From: Epiperipatus broadwayi
Taxonomy: Eukaryota; Animalia; Onychophora
Length of the DNA: 64,000 nt
Direction: 5' to 3'
NCBI GenBank assembly: GCA_028023455.1
Contig: JAQFVV010000006.1
Coordinates: 11,408,001 to 11,472,000 of the forward strand
Shown in pieces: positions 1-10,458 of this stretch. The notes under the pieces are model-generated. The model searched no databases. It saw only the letters and a list, made by a program, of their open reading frames with translations, and was not told the DNA's origin. The first letter of the stretch is position 1; each line of letters starts with the position of its first letter. A program made the position numbers and the translations under genes.

Positions 1-242
1 TTCTGCTGGAGCCAACACATCTCCAGAATTATTTACATATAATATAAAAGATGTGTTAGAACTGTGTTAACCTACTTGTCATATATATAAATATTTGAAA
101 ACCAGGTACTCTTCACAAACCCGGGAGCTTAATTGTAAGTACAGAAAATTTGAACTCAGATTTTCAAGCACCCTTCAACTATCCACACTATCTCATACAA
201 CTTATACACATGACCACACACATGTAGAAAAGATTAATAATC

Positions 243-286
243 ACCAATATACGTATTTCATGCTAAACCAGCACTCATCAGTTGGT
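243..286 (-). ncRNA. Type I minimal hammerhead ribozyme (family D)
   Basis: ACCAA-CUGAUGA-GUGCU-GGUUU-AGCAU-GAAAU-ACGU-AUA-UUGGU. Stem I is ACCAA/UUGGU, stem II is GUGCU/AGCAU, stem III is the palindrome AUACGUAU, and the cleavage triplet is AUA. Confidence 0.85.
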
Positions 287-926
287 CCAGACTATCATCT
301 CTCACACACATATATAATCAATGCTCAGTTTATATTAAGATAGCAAATCTTCATACTTTAATGGACAGGCTTCAATCCACTGCAACCTCCAACTTTTCAG
401 CCATCCATATCATTGAAAATCTGATGATGAAAACTCAAATCCCATGCTGATGCTAATATTATTGCTGGTTTAGCATGAAATACATATATTGGTGATTATT
501 AATCTTTTCTACATGTGTGTGGTCATGTGTATAAGTTGTATGAGATAGTGTGGATAGTTGAAGGGTACTTGAAAATCTGAGTTCAAATCCTCTATACTTG
601 CAATTAAGCTCCCAGGTTTGTGAAGAGTACCTGGTTTTCAAATATTTACATATCAAGCTTGTATCCTGTCCATCCCTCTTATATGTATTTAATGGATACT
701 GTCCTATACATGAGGGGTCAGAGTGACTTCAGGTCAACATGGGCATGGCAATAATATTAGCATCAGCATGGGATTTGAGTTTTCATCATCAGATTTTCAA
801 TGATATGGATGGCTGAAAAGTTGGAGGTTGCAGTGGATTGAAGCCTGTCCATTAAAGTATGAAGATTTGCTATCTTAATATAAACTGAGCATTGATTATA
901 TATATGTGTGAGAGATGATAGTCTGG

Positions 927-970
927 ACCAACTGATGAGTGCTGGTTTAGCATGAAATACGTATATTGGT
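927..970 (+). ncRNA. Type I minimal hammerhead ribozyme (family D)
   Basis: Identical to the 243-286 motif, on the plus strand. Confidence 0.85.
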
Positions 971-2431
971 GATTATTAATCTTTTCTACATGTGTGTGGT
1001 CATGTGTATAAGTTGTATGAGATAGTGTGGATAGTTGAAGGGTGCTTGAAAATCTGAGTTCAAATCCTCTATACTTGTCATATATATGTGAGATGTGCAC
1101 ACACTAACATGTTATTTACAAGTTTAAAACAAGTAATCGTCTCTTATTTTGCAGACCATAGGCTTAAAATAAAACACCAATATTCTTATATGATTTTGAA
1201 TAGAGACATAAATCTTTTAATTATTAATTTGACAAAAATAACAGAGTTCTGTGTAAATTTCTGCAGCATTTCTAATTATTACATTAATAATAAAATTAAG
1301 ATATTTTGTTAGAAGCAGCACCGGAACCGGCTGCTTTGATAATCTAAATTAGATACAATGGATTATTACTGAAATTTATAATTAAAATGTTCTTATTTGA
1401 AGGTACAAATGCTGAAGCCTAAATCTTCCGAGAATTATTTTATGGATTGTATTATATTTATATTGATCCCATATAGAATCTTTTATCACTTATGTCAGAA
1501 ACATCTGCATATAGACCCAACTCGGTAGAGTCACAAACTAGTATTTGACCATGATAAATTTGAGATTTGTCACAATTTTTCTGTTGGTATGATCAAAAGC
1601 ACAGATATGTAAATATACGTATAACAAAGATGAGCAAAATTTTCACGTAAAAACATTTTAAATTTTTTCCGTACACACACACATAGAGGTAGGCTATCAT
1701 TAATCCAAACATTGCTACATCAAAAATTTCCATTAATTGGACAAAATTACAAAATTTTTTGATTAGTTGTTTAACTACTATTGTGTGCTGACACAAATCT
1801 ATGAATAATATATATTCTAAAGAAATTTATATAGTACGTAACAAGTTTTTCAATATGAGCAAACTATAAATAGTAAAATTAGAGTTTATTTAAATGTTAG
1901 AGCACAGTTTGGGTTTATAAAGATGGGTGTAAAGATTTATTGTCAAAATCTGAAAAATTCACAAAATCCCTGAAACTACGGATTTCAGATTAATGGAAGC
2001 CCACCTGTACAGACAAAAACTTCACAAAATATTCTAAATACATCATACTATTCAAAGTTGAATAATAATTCAATTCAAGAAATACAAATGAGAGAGAAAA
2101 AATATATATTTCATTCATTAATCCAGAGTTTACTGATTTTTTTTAATGGTGCCATCAAATTGGTCAGTTTTTCTTGCCACACCTCTATTCATTGATATAA
2201 TTTGTAGATGTATAATTAATTGTTTTATGTATTTCTAAATAATTTTTAAAAATTAATTAGTTTATAATGTCTACCGTTCTTTCAATAAAATGATTGCCTT
2301 CCATGGTTTACTGTAGTATAAAATGGCAAATTCGAGATCTAACGATATATAGATCGCAGCCTATATCTACTACTTCGGGTATAGAATGTCATATGATCTT
2401 TTGAGCAACAAACCATTTGATTATTTTCTTT

Positions 2432-2690
2432 AAAACAGGCAAAACTCTCTATATGTATTGCCATTCAGTGCAAGCATGGATGCCAGAAGGCTTGTGCATA
2501 AAATCCCCATCTAGTGCCTACTCATCCAATATCCCCAGACTAGTTTCTGGCTTGTTGCCTTCGTCAGTGAGGAGCCTTGGATCTGAGAGCAATATATAAT
2601 GTAGAGAGAGTGGCAATACATATAGAGAGTTTTGCCTATTTTAATAACAGTTAAGAGCAAGCATAAGAAATAGTGATCACATGATGTTTA
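2432..2690. mobile_element. Family A hammerhead-bearing element, fold-back copy
   Basis: Starts aaaacaggcaaaactctc (antisense), inverts near 2600, and ends with the sense tail agcataagaaatagtgatcacatgatgttta. Confidence 0.8.
2533..2572 (-). ncRNA. Type I minimal hammerhead ribozyme (family A)
   Basis: CCUCA-CUGACGA-AGGC-AACAA-GCCA-GAAAC-UA-GUC-UGGGG, with palindromic ACUAGU stem III and a GUC site. Confidence 0.75.
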
Positions 2691-2874
2691 TCCTTGATGT
2701 TCTGAATGACATAAAAAATGTATTCATACTTCCATTACCTTTGGATATAGAAGTCACTGGGGACCGGATCAAGTGAGTAAAGAGAATATTCCAATAGTTA
2801 TTTGTTTAATTAATCCGTTTTTTAAATAGTTATTTGTTTATTGGTAAAAAAAATTTCTCGGTCAGTTTAAACTT

Positions 2875-3105
2875 ATATCTACTCCTTTACTTTTTTTGCA
2901 TTCCTTCATATATATACATTACTTATAATCAATCTCCACATATACACTTAAATTTAAAAAGAAGAGGAAGGTTATGCAAGAGTTCTGATGAAGACTACAG
3001 GATAGTCGAAACTGTTAGGAAATTAAAGGAATTATATAAAAAAAATTGCATTAAAGTGTATATTTGAAAATTGATAATAAGTAATATATATATTCATAGT
3101 CAGTT
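2875..3105. mobile_element. Family B PLE-like terminal repeat with hammerhead, partial fold-back
   Basis: The sense part from about 2960 is homologous to 6310-6470 and is preceded by an inverted copy of its downstream segment. Confidence 0.65.
2985..3016 (+). ncRNA. Minimal hammerhead ribozyme (family B)
   Basis: CUGAUGA-A-GACUA-CAGGA-UAGUC-GAAAC-UGUU, with a perfect 5-bp stem II and an extra A after A9. Stem I is poorly defined. Confidence 0.7.
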
Positions 3106-3717
3106 TATTGGTGAGCTCAATCAGGAATGTTTTTTAATGATATGAATCAAGACTTTCCTGTTTCTCTATCAACGTTTACTAGGTTGCCATGTTTCCCATA
3201 GTCGGCCAATGATTTTGACATGTAATTTGGCAAATTTTTGCAATGTACTTTCCAGTTCTGCTTATTAATGATCACCATGACCTTTCTTCATTAATGATGC
3301 TTTCTCTACTTAGAAAAATATTCAATCCATTTGTACACGGCCATTTTCTTCGTAGCTCAATATGTCCATGATTTGCTATAATTCAAGCGCTGACATTTTC
3401 ACAACAGCATATAAGCACATTCTCAATAACCATAACGAACATCATTCACCAAGACACCATCATACATCATCATAAACACAATGGTTAGACTGATATACCA
3501 AGGTTATAAACTCATCAAATTGTTTGTTCAGTGCTGCCAACATAGTGCATGGTGGCAAGTTTGCAAATTTAATTGTCAGACCTCACATATACGATATATT
3601 TAAAGCAATGTTAGAATCTGACGCCAACTAACAATTTTTTTTAAAAATATTAATATAAATATTAGAAAGTCATATCTGCATTTCTTCAAATATTTTAGTC
3701 ACTCTTGATATCTAACA

Positions 3718-4014
3718 CAGAGGCAAAACTCTCCATACAGTAGAACCATTCAGTGCAAGCCAGAGTAATCAATGGATGCAGGAAGGTTTTGTATAAAATA
3801 CCTATAGTAGTGCCTACTCATCCAATATCTCCTCATTTTATTGATTTTGGGGACATTGGATGAGTAGGCACTAGATAGGGATTTTATAAACAAATCTTGC
3901 ATCCATTGATTACTCTGGCTTGCACTGAATGGCGTTACTGTATGGACAGTTTTGCCTCTGTGTCAAACAGCATGTGTAAGCATAAATAATGATCATGTGA
4001 TGTTTAGTGGTTTT
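3718..4014. mobile_element. Family A fold-back copy lacking the ribozyme segment
   Basis: Inverted arms around about 3840, with the sense tail gatcatgtgatgtttagtggtttt at the right end. Confidence 0.75.
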
Positions 4015-5199
4015 TCTTTTGTTATCTGTAAGAGTTGTTCAAAAGCAACTATATTTCTCTTCTATGGTTCAATCAGTTATTATAATCTTCAATATCAATA
4101 GATACTAGTGCTTCTACGGTCTTTACCCTATCCATATTCTCAAACTAGTTTCTGACTTAAAGATTTCTTCGTAGAACACTTTGGATATGGGTAGAGTACG
4201 CTTGGATGTTTTGAATCTAATGCACTTTCCATTCCGCAGTTAATCTTTCTTTACTATTAAGCTAAAAACAACTTAAGTTGAATTCAAAACCAGTTCAGTA
4301 TCCATTTATTTTGATATCCTCACTTTTACAATAACTGTCAGCATCTTTATTGTATTTCTGCTAAGATATTACTTTGATTTAAAATTTGTATACACAAATA
4401 GCAGAAAATTGCTATCATATGACTAAAGCTTTCACTGCAAGTTGCAGAAAGGAATTTACTGTTAAATGAAAGATCCCTTAATTCTTCTTTGAGGGCTTAA
4501 ATGACCCAAATAGGGGAAATTCCTAATGTCCATTCCATGCGTTTTTAACTGTACAGCTGTTATTACTATATGATTACTCATATAGTACATAAACACGGGT
4601 GTATTTTTTTACCAACACGCATTATCCAGTATGGTGAATTTATTGGCTTTTTATTTCCGAGTTTAATAGCAAAAAAAAAAAAAACCCTGTGGTTTTTCTT
4701 GTTTCCTGATAGTTCTTAACCAAATTATCAGTTGAGTTTTCTTGAAGGGAGAATGAATGTGTGTGTGTGAATCTTTTATGCCAATATCCATAATATATCC
4801 ATTTCAACTTCTTTAGTTTTAATTATAAATCCCTATAAGAAAGTATTGTAAAACTGTTCTCATTATATTTTATGACCTGACTCCCTACCGGCATAAAGTG
4901 TATTTGAAATATCCAATGTGACTCAGCATTTAGATTGAAAATGACTGCATAAATGTCTAAGTAACTTTACTCCATCAGTAATAATATTCAAAGTTGAATC
5001 TTTCAACGCCCCAAAAATGAGAAAAAATATTTTTTCCATTCCCTTATAACAAAACAAACTTTATTAACAAAAAAATGTTAACTAAATCATTCATTATTTA
5101 AAAAAAAACAGTTAAAAACATAATGTTTCAAGCATTGCATGTTTAAACTATTAACATATCACATTCCTACCCTTTCTTTTCCTTGTACAAGCTATTATA

Positions 5200-5975
5200 G
5201 TATCAACTTCCTCCATACAATAGTGCCACCTAGTGTGAGCTATAGTAATCAATGGATGCCAGAAGGTTTGTGCATTTAAATCCCCATCTAGTTCCGAATC
5301 CAATATCCCCAGACTAGTTCTTAGCCTATGGCTGACATCAGAGAGGAGCTTTGGATCCGAGATCAATGCACCTAGACCTTTGGATCCAATATATCCCTCC
5401 AGCAACTATTTTTTTTTACCTATTTCGTCAACTATAAAGCAACAAGTGCAAACTGAAAACACAATAATCTCTTCAATCTGAGCTAGTTTGCTTGTCTACT
5501 CATAGAGATCTGAACACAGTTCAGTATCTATATATTTTGGAGTCTGTTCTTTTTTTTAATAATCATAATCACCAACATCCTTCGGCTAGGAAAAGAAAAG
5601 GTGATCATGTGATATTTTAATGGTTCAATACTAATCCTAGCCAGAAGATATTGGTGACTATGGGTATAAAAAAAAACCAAAGGCATCAAAATATATAGAT
5701 ACTGAACTGGATTCACATCTGCATGACTGCGCAGACAAATTCTCTTGGAATGAGAACATTATTACGTTTCCAGTTTGGACTCTTTGCTTTACTGTTGACT
5801 AAATAGGTAAAAGGTAGTTGCAGAATAGATGCATTAGATCCAAGGCTTCTCAATGATGACAGCCATAAGCTAGACTAGTCTGGGGTTATTGGATAAATAG
5901 ACCCAAGATTTAAATGCATCTATTGATTTCTATATCTTGCACTAGGTGGCATTATTGTATGGAGAGAGTTGCCTC
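5200..5975. mobile_element. Family A fold-back copy (older, both hammerheads decayed)
   Basis: Antisense arm about 5200-5595 and sense arm about 5600-5975, with degenerate gactagtt/actagtc cores near 5310 and 5875. Confidence 0.7.
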
Positions 5976-6241
5976 TAACCAATGTTTTATATATTCATTT
6001 CCAATATAATTATGTTCTAAAAATATGATCATTCAAAAATGTTCTTCAATAAATCATGATAATAAAGATTTATAATTTTTTCAACTTAAACACAAACTAA
6101 TATAAATGAAAAGTTTTCTACTTATATAAGTAGCTAAATAAGTATATATTAAATAATTCATATACTGTATATTGTTTCCAATAACTCTCTTCATATATAT
6201 TTTAATGCAAAATTTTTTTTTAATGATTCCTTTATTTTCCT

Positions 6242-6273
6242 GACAGTTTCGACTGCCCTATAGTCTTCATCAA
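6242..6273 (-). ncRNA. Minimal hammerhead (family B), C3U variant
   Basis: UUGAUGA-A-GACUA-UAGGG-CAGUC-GAAAC-UGUC. Confidence 0.6.
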
Positions 6274-6332
6274 AGCCATCTTAATCTCCTCTACCTTTTA
6301 AAATAAAAAAAAGATAGGAGATTAAGATCGCA

Positions 6333-6364
6333 CTGATGAAGACTGCAGGACAATTGAAACTGTC
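6333..6364 (+). ncRNA. Minimal hammerhead (family B), weakened stem II
   Basis: CUGAUGA-A-GACUG-CAGGA-CAAUU-GAAAC-UGUC. Confidence 0.55.
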
Positions 6365-6813
6365 AGGAAAATAAAGAAATGATTAAAAAAAATTTTTGCA
6401 TTAAAGTGTATATGAAGTTATTGCAAGCAATATATAAGGAGAAAAGTAAGAATATATTAAATAAATCATACGATATAAAATGTCTTTATACAACAGCAAA
6501 AGCTGGACATATATATAATAACAATAATATATAAAAGCTCTTTTCGGCAAATATTGATTTTTCCCCTTTTCAATGTGTTGGAACTATTTTACAATTTCAA
6601 TCTACATTGCATACATACCTACATCCATAAAATTAATTAGAACCTACTATAACAATAATAAAATAAATACAAGGATGAGAGGAAAAAAAAAACCTGTATA
6701 AATGTATATTATATAATTTTCCATTCATTTATCATATAAAATATTATATAATATGGAAACAATAAAAACTATAAGCGAAATAAATGAACTATATAAACAA
6801 AACAAAAAAACTA

Positions 6814-6909
6814 AAAATATAATTACTTGTCTATACAACTGTTTCAATAATTCAATTAGTCTTCTGATTGAAATATTAAAATAGCTGTGTAGACAAGTGA
6901 TTGTATTTT
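6814..6909. repeat. About 95-nt hairpin / mini fold-back
   Basis: aaaatataattacttgtctatacaactgttt is inverted-complementary to aatagctgtgtagacaagtgattgtatttt (about 30 bp, few mismatches). Confidence 0.6.
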
Positions 6910-7000
6910 GTTATATATATATACGTTTCCAATATAGTAATATGTTTGATCAATGTATATTGAAAAATATGAATTAATTTAGCACAAGTCGACAATTTAT

Positions 7001-7386
7001 AAAACAGGCAAAACTCTCCACACAGTAGTGTCACTCAGTACAAACTAGAGTAATCAATGGATGCCAGAAAGCTCGTGCATAAAATCTCTATCTAGTTCCC
7101 ATTCATTCAACACCCTCAGACTAGTTTCTAGCTTGTGGCTTTCATCAGTGAGGCGCCTTGGATCTGAGAGCACTGCACCTAGATCTTAGGATCTAATGCA
7201 ACCCTCCAGCAGCCACCTTTTATCTCTACTTAACTACAAAACTATGAAAATAAAATTGAAAACACAATAATATTTTCAATCCAAGCTTATTAGCTTATAT
7301 AGTCATATAGGTCTGAACTCAGTTCAATACCCATACATTTTGGTGTTTGTGCTAGCATTAGATATGGTGATGATGTGATGTTTAGC
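7001..7386. mobile_element. Family A element (antisense monomer plus short sense tail)
   Basis: Starts aaaacaggcaaaactctcc and ends gtgctagcattagatatggtgatgatgtgatgtttag. Confidence 0.8.
7114..7153 (-). ncRNA. Type I minimal hammerhead ribozyme (family A)
   Basis: CCUCA-CUGAUGA-AAGC-CACAA-GCUA-GAAAC-UA-GUC-UGAGG, with a perfect stem I (CCUCA/UGAGG) and AGC/GCU stem II. Confidence 0.8.
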
Positions 7387-7529
7387 AATTTATTTTTTGA
7401 TTGAAATGAAAAGATAAATTTGCAAAATTAACCAAAAATATCAGCAGCTATTTTCAGTTTAGGAATCTTTACTATGTCAGATGTCTTATTTTTATATTTA
7501 TATAGTTATAAAAAAGCAATACAGAGAGT

Positions 7530-7850
7530 TTAGACCATTTCAAAAAGTATGGAGAGATGCATGTTAAAAGTAACGAGACGAGATTGAAAATGAAATGCAT
7601 GAGAGAGAGAACAAACAGATATTACTGACATCATTGAAAGAATTGAGAGACTAAAGTGAAGTAGGGCTGGGCATATTTTTAGAAGAGATGATAATAGATG
7701 GACAGTTGAAATCTTAAACCAAAAAAAAAACCATGTCAAATGGATGAAATAAGGAAGTGCGTGGGGATGATGTGGAGGAGAGGTTAGAGAAAATGGATTC
7801 AATTTAGAGAAACCTTCATCCTGCAGTGGATCGATAATGGTTAAAAATAA
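7530..7850 (+). mobile_element. RTE LINE 3' fragment
   Basis: Homologous to the reverse complement of the RTE 3' ends at 15084 and 23588 (SMERCML..., GHI.RRDDNRWT, ...atcctgcagtggatcgataatggtt). Confidence 0.8.
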
Positions 7851-7894
7851 TGTTGATAATAAAGAAGGGTGCTTAAAACTATCACTGATACTAT

Positions 7895-8514
7895 TGTAAC
7901 GGTCAAGTTTGTACATCGCGTAACAGAATTCAGAATCCAAGCAAAAGAGACCGAAGCTGACCAGACTAGGATTGTGACATCCCGAGTCCGACCACATTTC
8001 AACATGTAAACCAGTACTCCAAGACTCAAGACCCCACGAATGACCATCTTGAAATCATACATAATATACTCCTTTATTCACGGCCGACATAGATCAGGGA
8101 GACACAATAAGACTCTGATAAATAAAAGAAAGGTTCTTAAATTATCTAAAATATATCACTAATTTAAAGGTTTATTAATGCATAGTTTTCACATATATAT
8201 ATACTATAAATAATAATTAGAATTGGATTGAATTAGATCAATAACGAGACAGAGAACGAAATACACTAAATTAGTTATACATTTATTTACAATTGAATTG
8301 AAATTGACAATATTTTACAGAACTTCAGCGTAGAATGTACGCAGATATTGGATAGATAAGAGAACACATTCTCTTTTTACACTGAATTTAAAATGGCTTT
8401 ATATAAGTAATCATTGAAATTTGCATAGATGAGTTTAACATATGCCCATCTTAAGAATTGCTTTACAACTGATACATAAATAGTCACTATGTTATGTCTA
8501 TAAATCTAGTTACA
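7895..8514 (-). mobile_element. Possible solo LTR
   Basis: Bounded by TGTAAC...GTTACA, with minus-strand TATATAAA (about 8400) followed by AATAAA (about 8285), and CpG-rich relative to its flanks. No TSD or PBS found. Confidence 0.3.
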
Positions 8515-9419
8515 CCAAATCCTATTAAATTTGTGGCTGTTTTATAAGTAATTATATTGAACCTTGATCAATCTAAAAATTCCATTATTTATTGCAAAAC
8601 AATATTATTTAACAACGAGCGCATAAACCAGTTCAAGTAGCGGTGGATCGAACATGGCTTTCGAGAGAAATTTTCAGATCAATGCTGAAAGTGCTATGTT
8701 AAGGTGGGAGAGTTGGCTGCCTAAGATTTTACCAATGTGCTATGGCACAGGTAAATGACAATAGGAAACGCTCTGCGGATGGATGAATAACTCCAGGGTT
8801 CTTGCGACCAATGCCAGTACCCTGTAACCAATCGCCATGCTGCGTGAAAAGGAACATTGTGTTCAGGAATGGCGGGGGACTTACATGCTAACCTGGCCTT
8901 GGCTCAGGCTTCACTACTGCTCTACCCTATAAGAGAAGATGTGCCGGTGACGCCATGGCTCCATCTTAACCATACGTATAGCAGCAAAACGAGAATAAAT
9001 TTAATAAAATAATAGATCACATCCACCAAGCAAAGAATAGTATATTTCATACTATGAAATACAAGACAATAGCATATTAGTTTTACCAAACTGGAACCAA
9101 CTCTTGTGTAGCCTGATAATAAATGTCTATGCTATCAATGGAGATATTAATAAATCTTTACTTTGACATGCTCAATCTATTAGGTTACTTATAGATAATT
9201 AATACTTTAAAGAGGGAAAGTATATTTCTATGGACATAAGAACTTAAATGACAAATATACTTATAACTATTATCAAGGCTAATTTAATTCTTAATAAAAC
9301 TATAAAGTTTAAGCTTTTAAATGGTTGATTAAAAAGAGCCACATTTCACATGTTAAATCACCATTAAAAAAAAAATAATAACAAGCGCAAGGCGAGTCGT
9401 TATTGTTATATAAAATAGG

Positions 9420-9572
9420 ATTTCGAAACAGCGTGCAGAGAGGTGACGCTATATTAGAAGATGTTTAAATAATAAACATCACATTTGACTTCGATTAAGG
9501 AGAAGCCACAATACATCACATCACATAATATCTTCTTAAATACATAAAATTAAGTGCTCGCTGTTTCGAAAT
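9420..9572. mobile_element. Small MITE-like element
   Basis: 18-bp terminal inverted repeats atttcgaaacagcgtgca / tgctcgctgtttcgaaat (one mismatch). Confidence 0.55.
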
Positions 9573-10354
9573 ATTGGCATATAAAAATATAATAAGCATT
9601 TACTTAAAATAAGCAAAGAAATATAGAACATAACCACAGTGATATAACTTTAAATTAGACACTAATAATTTACTTTTAAGTGAAAGGAAAATATAAATGG
9701 TCAAGTCATTTTAACTTTAACAACATTAATTATGATAGCAATTTAAACATTTTATATTAGATGGATTGAAATTCTGGTTACACTTAGTTTTATAATTATT
9801 GAAAAGAGAGTTACTAACTTATATAAAAATTTACACAGAGCTCTGCGGTTTGAAAATAAAACGGTACCAGTATTATTTATCTGGACTGCAAGTTCTTGGC
9901 TGTAGGTTTGGTGCATTTGACTGGGCGGCTGGTGGCATCATCTTTCCTGTTCTGTTAGGCTTGTGTTGGTTGTTCAGGCATTGTGACAAGAGAAACCCCT
10001 GTTCTCCCCGCGGAGCAACAGCAAAGAAATGCCCGCTTTTAGCCGGACATATCAGACCTTAAATAAACGTGGAGACTGGCTGCAATTCTCTCTAAAAATA
10101 TGGCTGTCTTTCTCTTTGTTTAAAAATACATAGTATTTATAGGTTTTCTCAAGCACTTACATTGACTCATTAACTCAAGAATTTAATTAAATATTATCAA
10201 ATTTATAATCCAGATTTTTAAATCTTAGATAACTTATGGAATGTTAGAACAATTCCCTAAGCTATTATAGTTAAGATTTTTCGTTGCAAACAATTTCCAA
10301 TTTAAATTTTAAAAATAACTTTATCTTATCTAAGATTTTAATAAGCAAGATTTT

Positions 10355-10458
10355 ATCAAGCATTGGTGGTCGAGAGGTCAGCGCGACTGCCTTACAAGTA
10401 GTTGCCCGGGTTGCGGGTTCGCTTCCCGGCCGATGCTATGACACATGAAAAAAAAATT
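10355..10458 (+). mobile_element. tRNA-derived SINE head with A tail and TSD
   Basis: A-box-like TGGTCGAGAGG, B-box-like GGTTCGCTTCC, an A run at 10448-10456, and direct repeat agcaagatttt at 10344-10354 and 10459-10469. Confidence 0.7.

Larger units (their letters stand above)
89..1077. mobile_element. Family D hammerhead-bearing non-autonomous retroelement (retrozyme/PLE-like), fold-back copy
   Basis: Antisense arm about 89-465, then about 1.3 sense monomers; gctggtttagcatgaaatac recurs at 464 and 941 (477-nt period). The arms are nearly identical. Flanked by direct repeat tacttgtcatatatat at 73-88 and 1072-1087. Confidence 0.85.
6130..6480. mobile_element. Family B fold-back copy with two inverted hammerheads
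   Basis: Inverted arms centred near 6300, with one hammerhead motif per arm. Confidence 0.7.

Noticed and set aside
415-445. Second hammerhead on the opposite strand of family D (ctgatgatgaaaac), which would make it viroid-like ambisense
   Set aside because: No stem II or stem III can form, and the GAAA is not conserved in subfamily D2 (ctgatgatggaacg).
95-1100. Recurrent small ORFs (95-343, 459-656, 870-1100, also 57008-57400) with similar peptides, suggesting a gene family
   Set aside because: They are the antisense reading of family D repeat copies. Frames differ between copies and the conserved feature is RNA structure, not codons.
1313-1345. Helitron 3' end (GC-rich hairpin aagcagc...gctgctt followed by CTAA)
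   Set aside because: No T after the putative end, no matching 5' TC terminus and no second copy.
10355-10458. Functional tRNA genes here and at about 19200, 38640, 39700 and 53580
   Set aside because: Only A/B-box-like motifs; no complete cloverleaf could be drawn, so they are treated as SINE heads.
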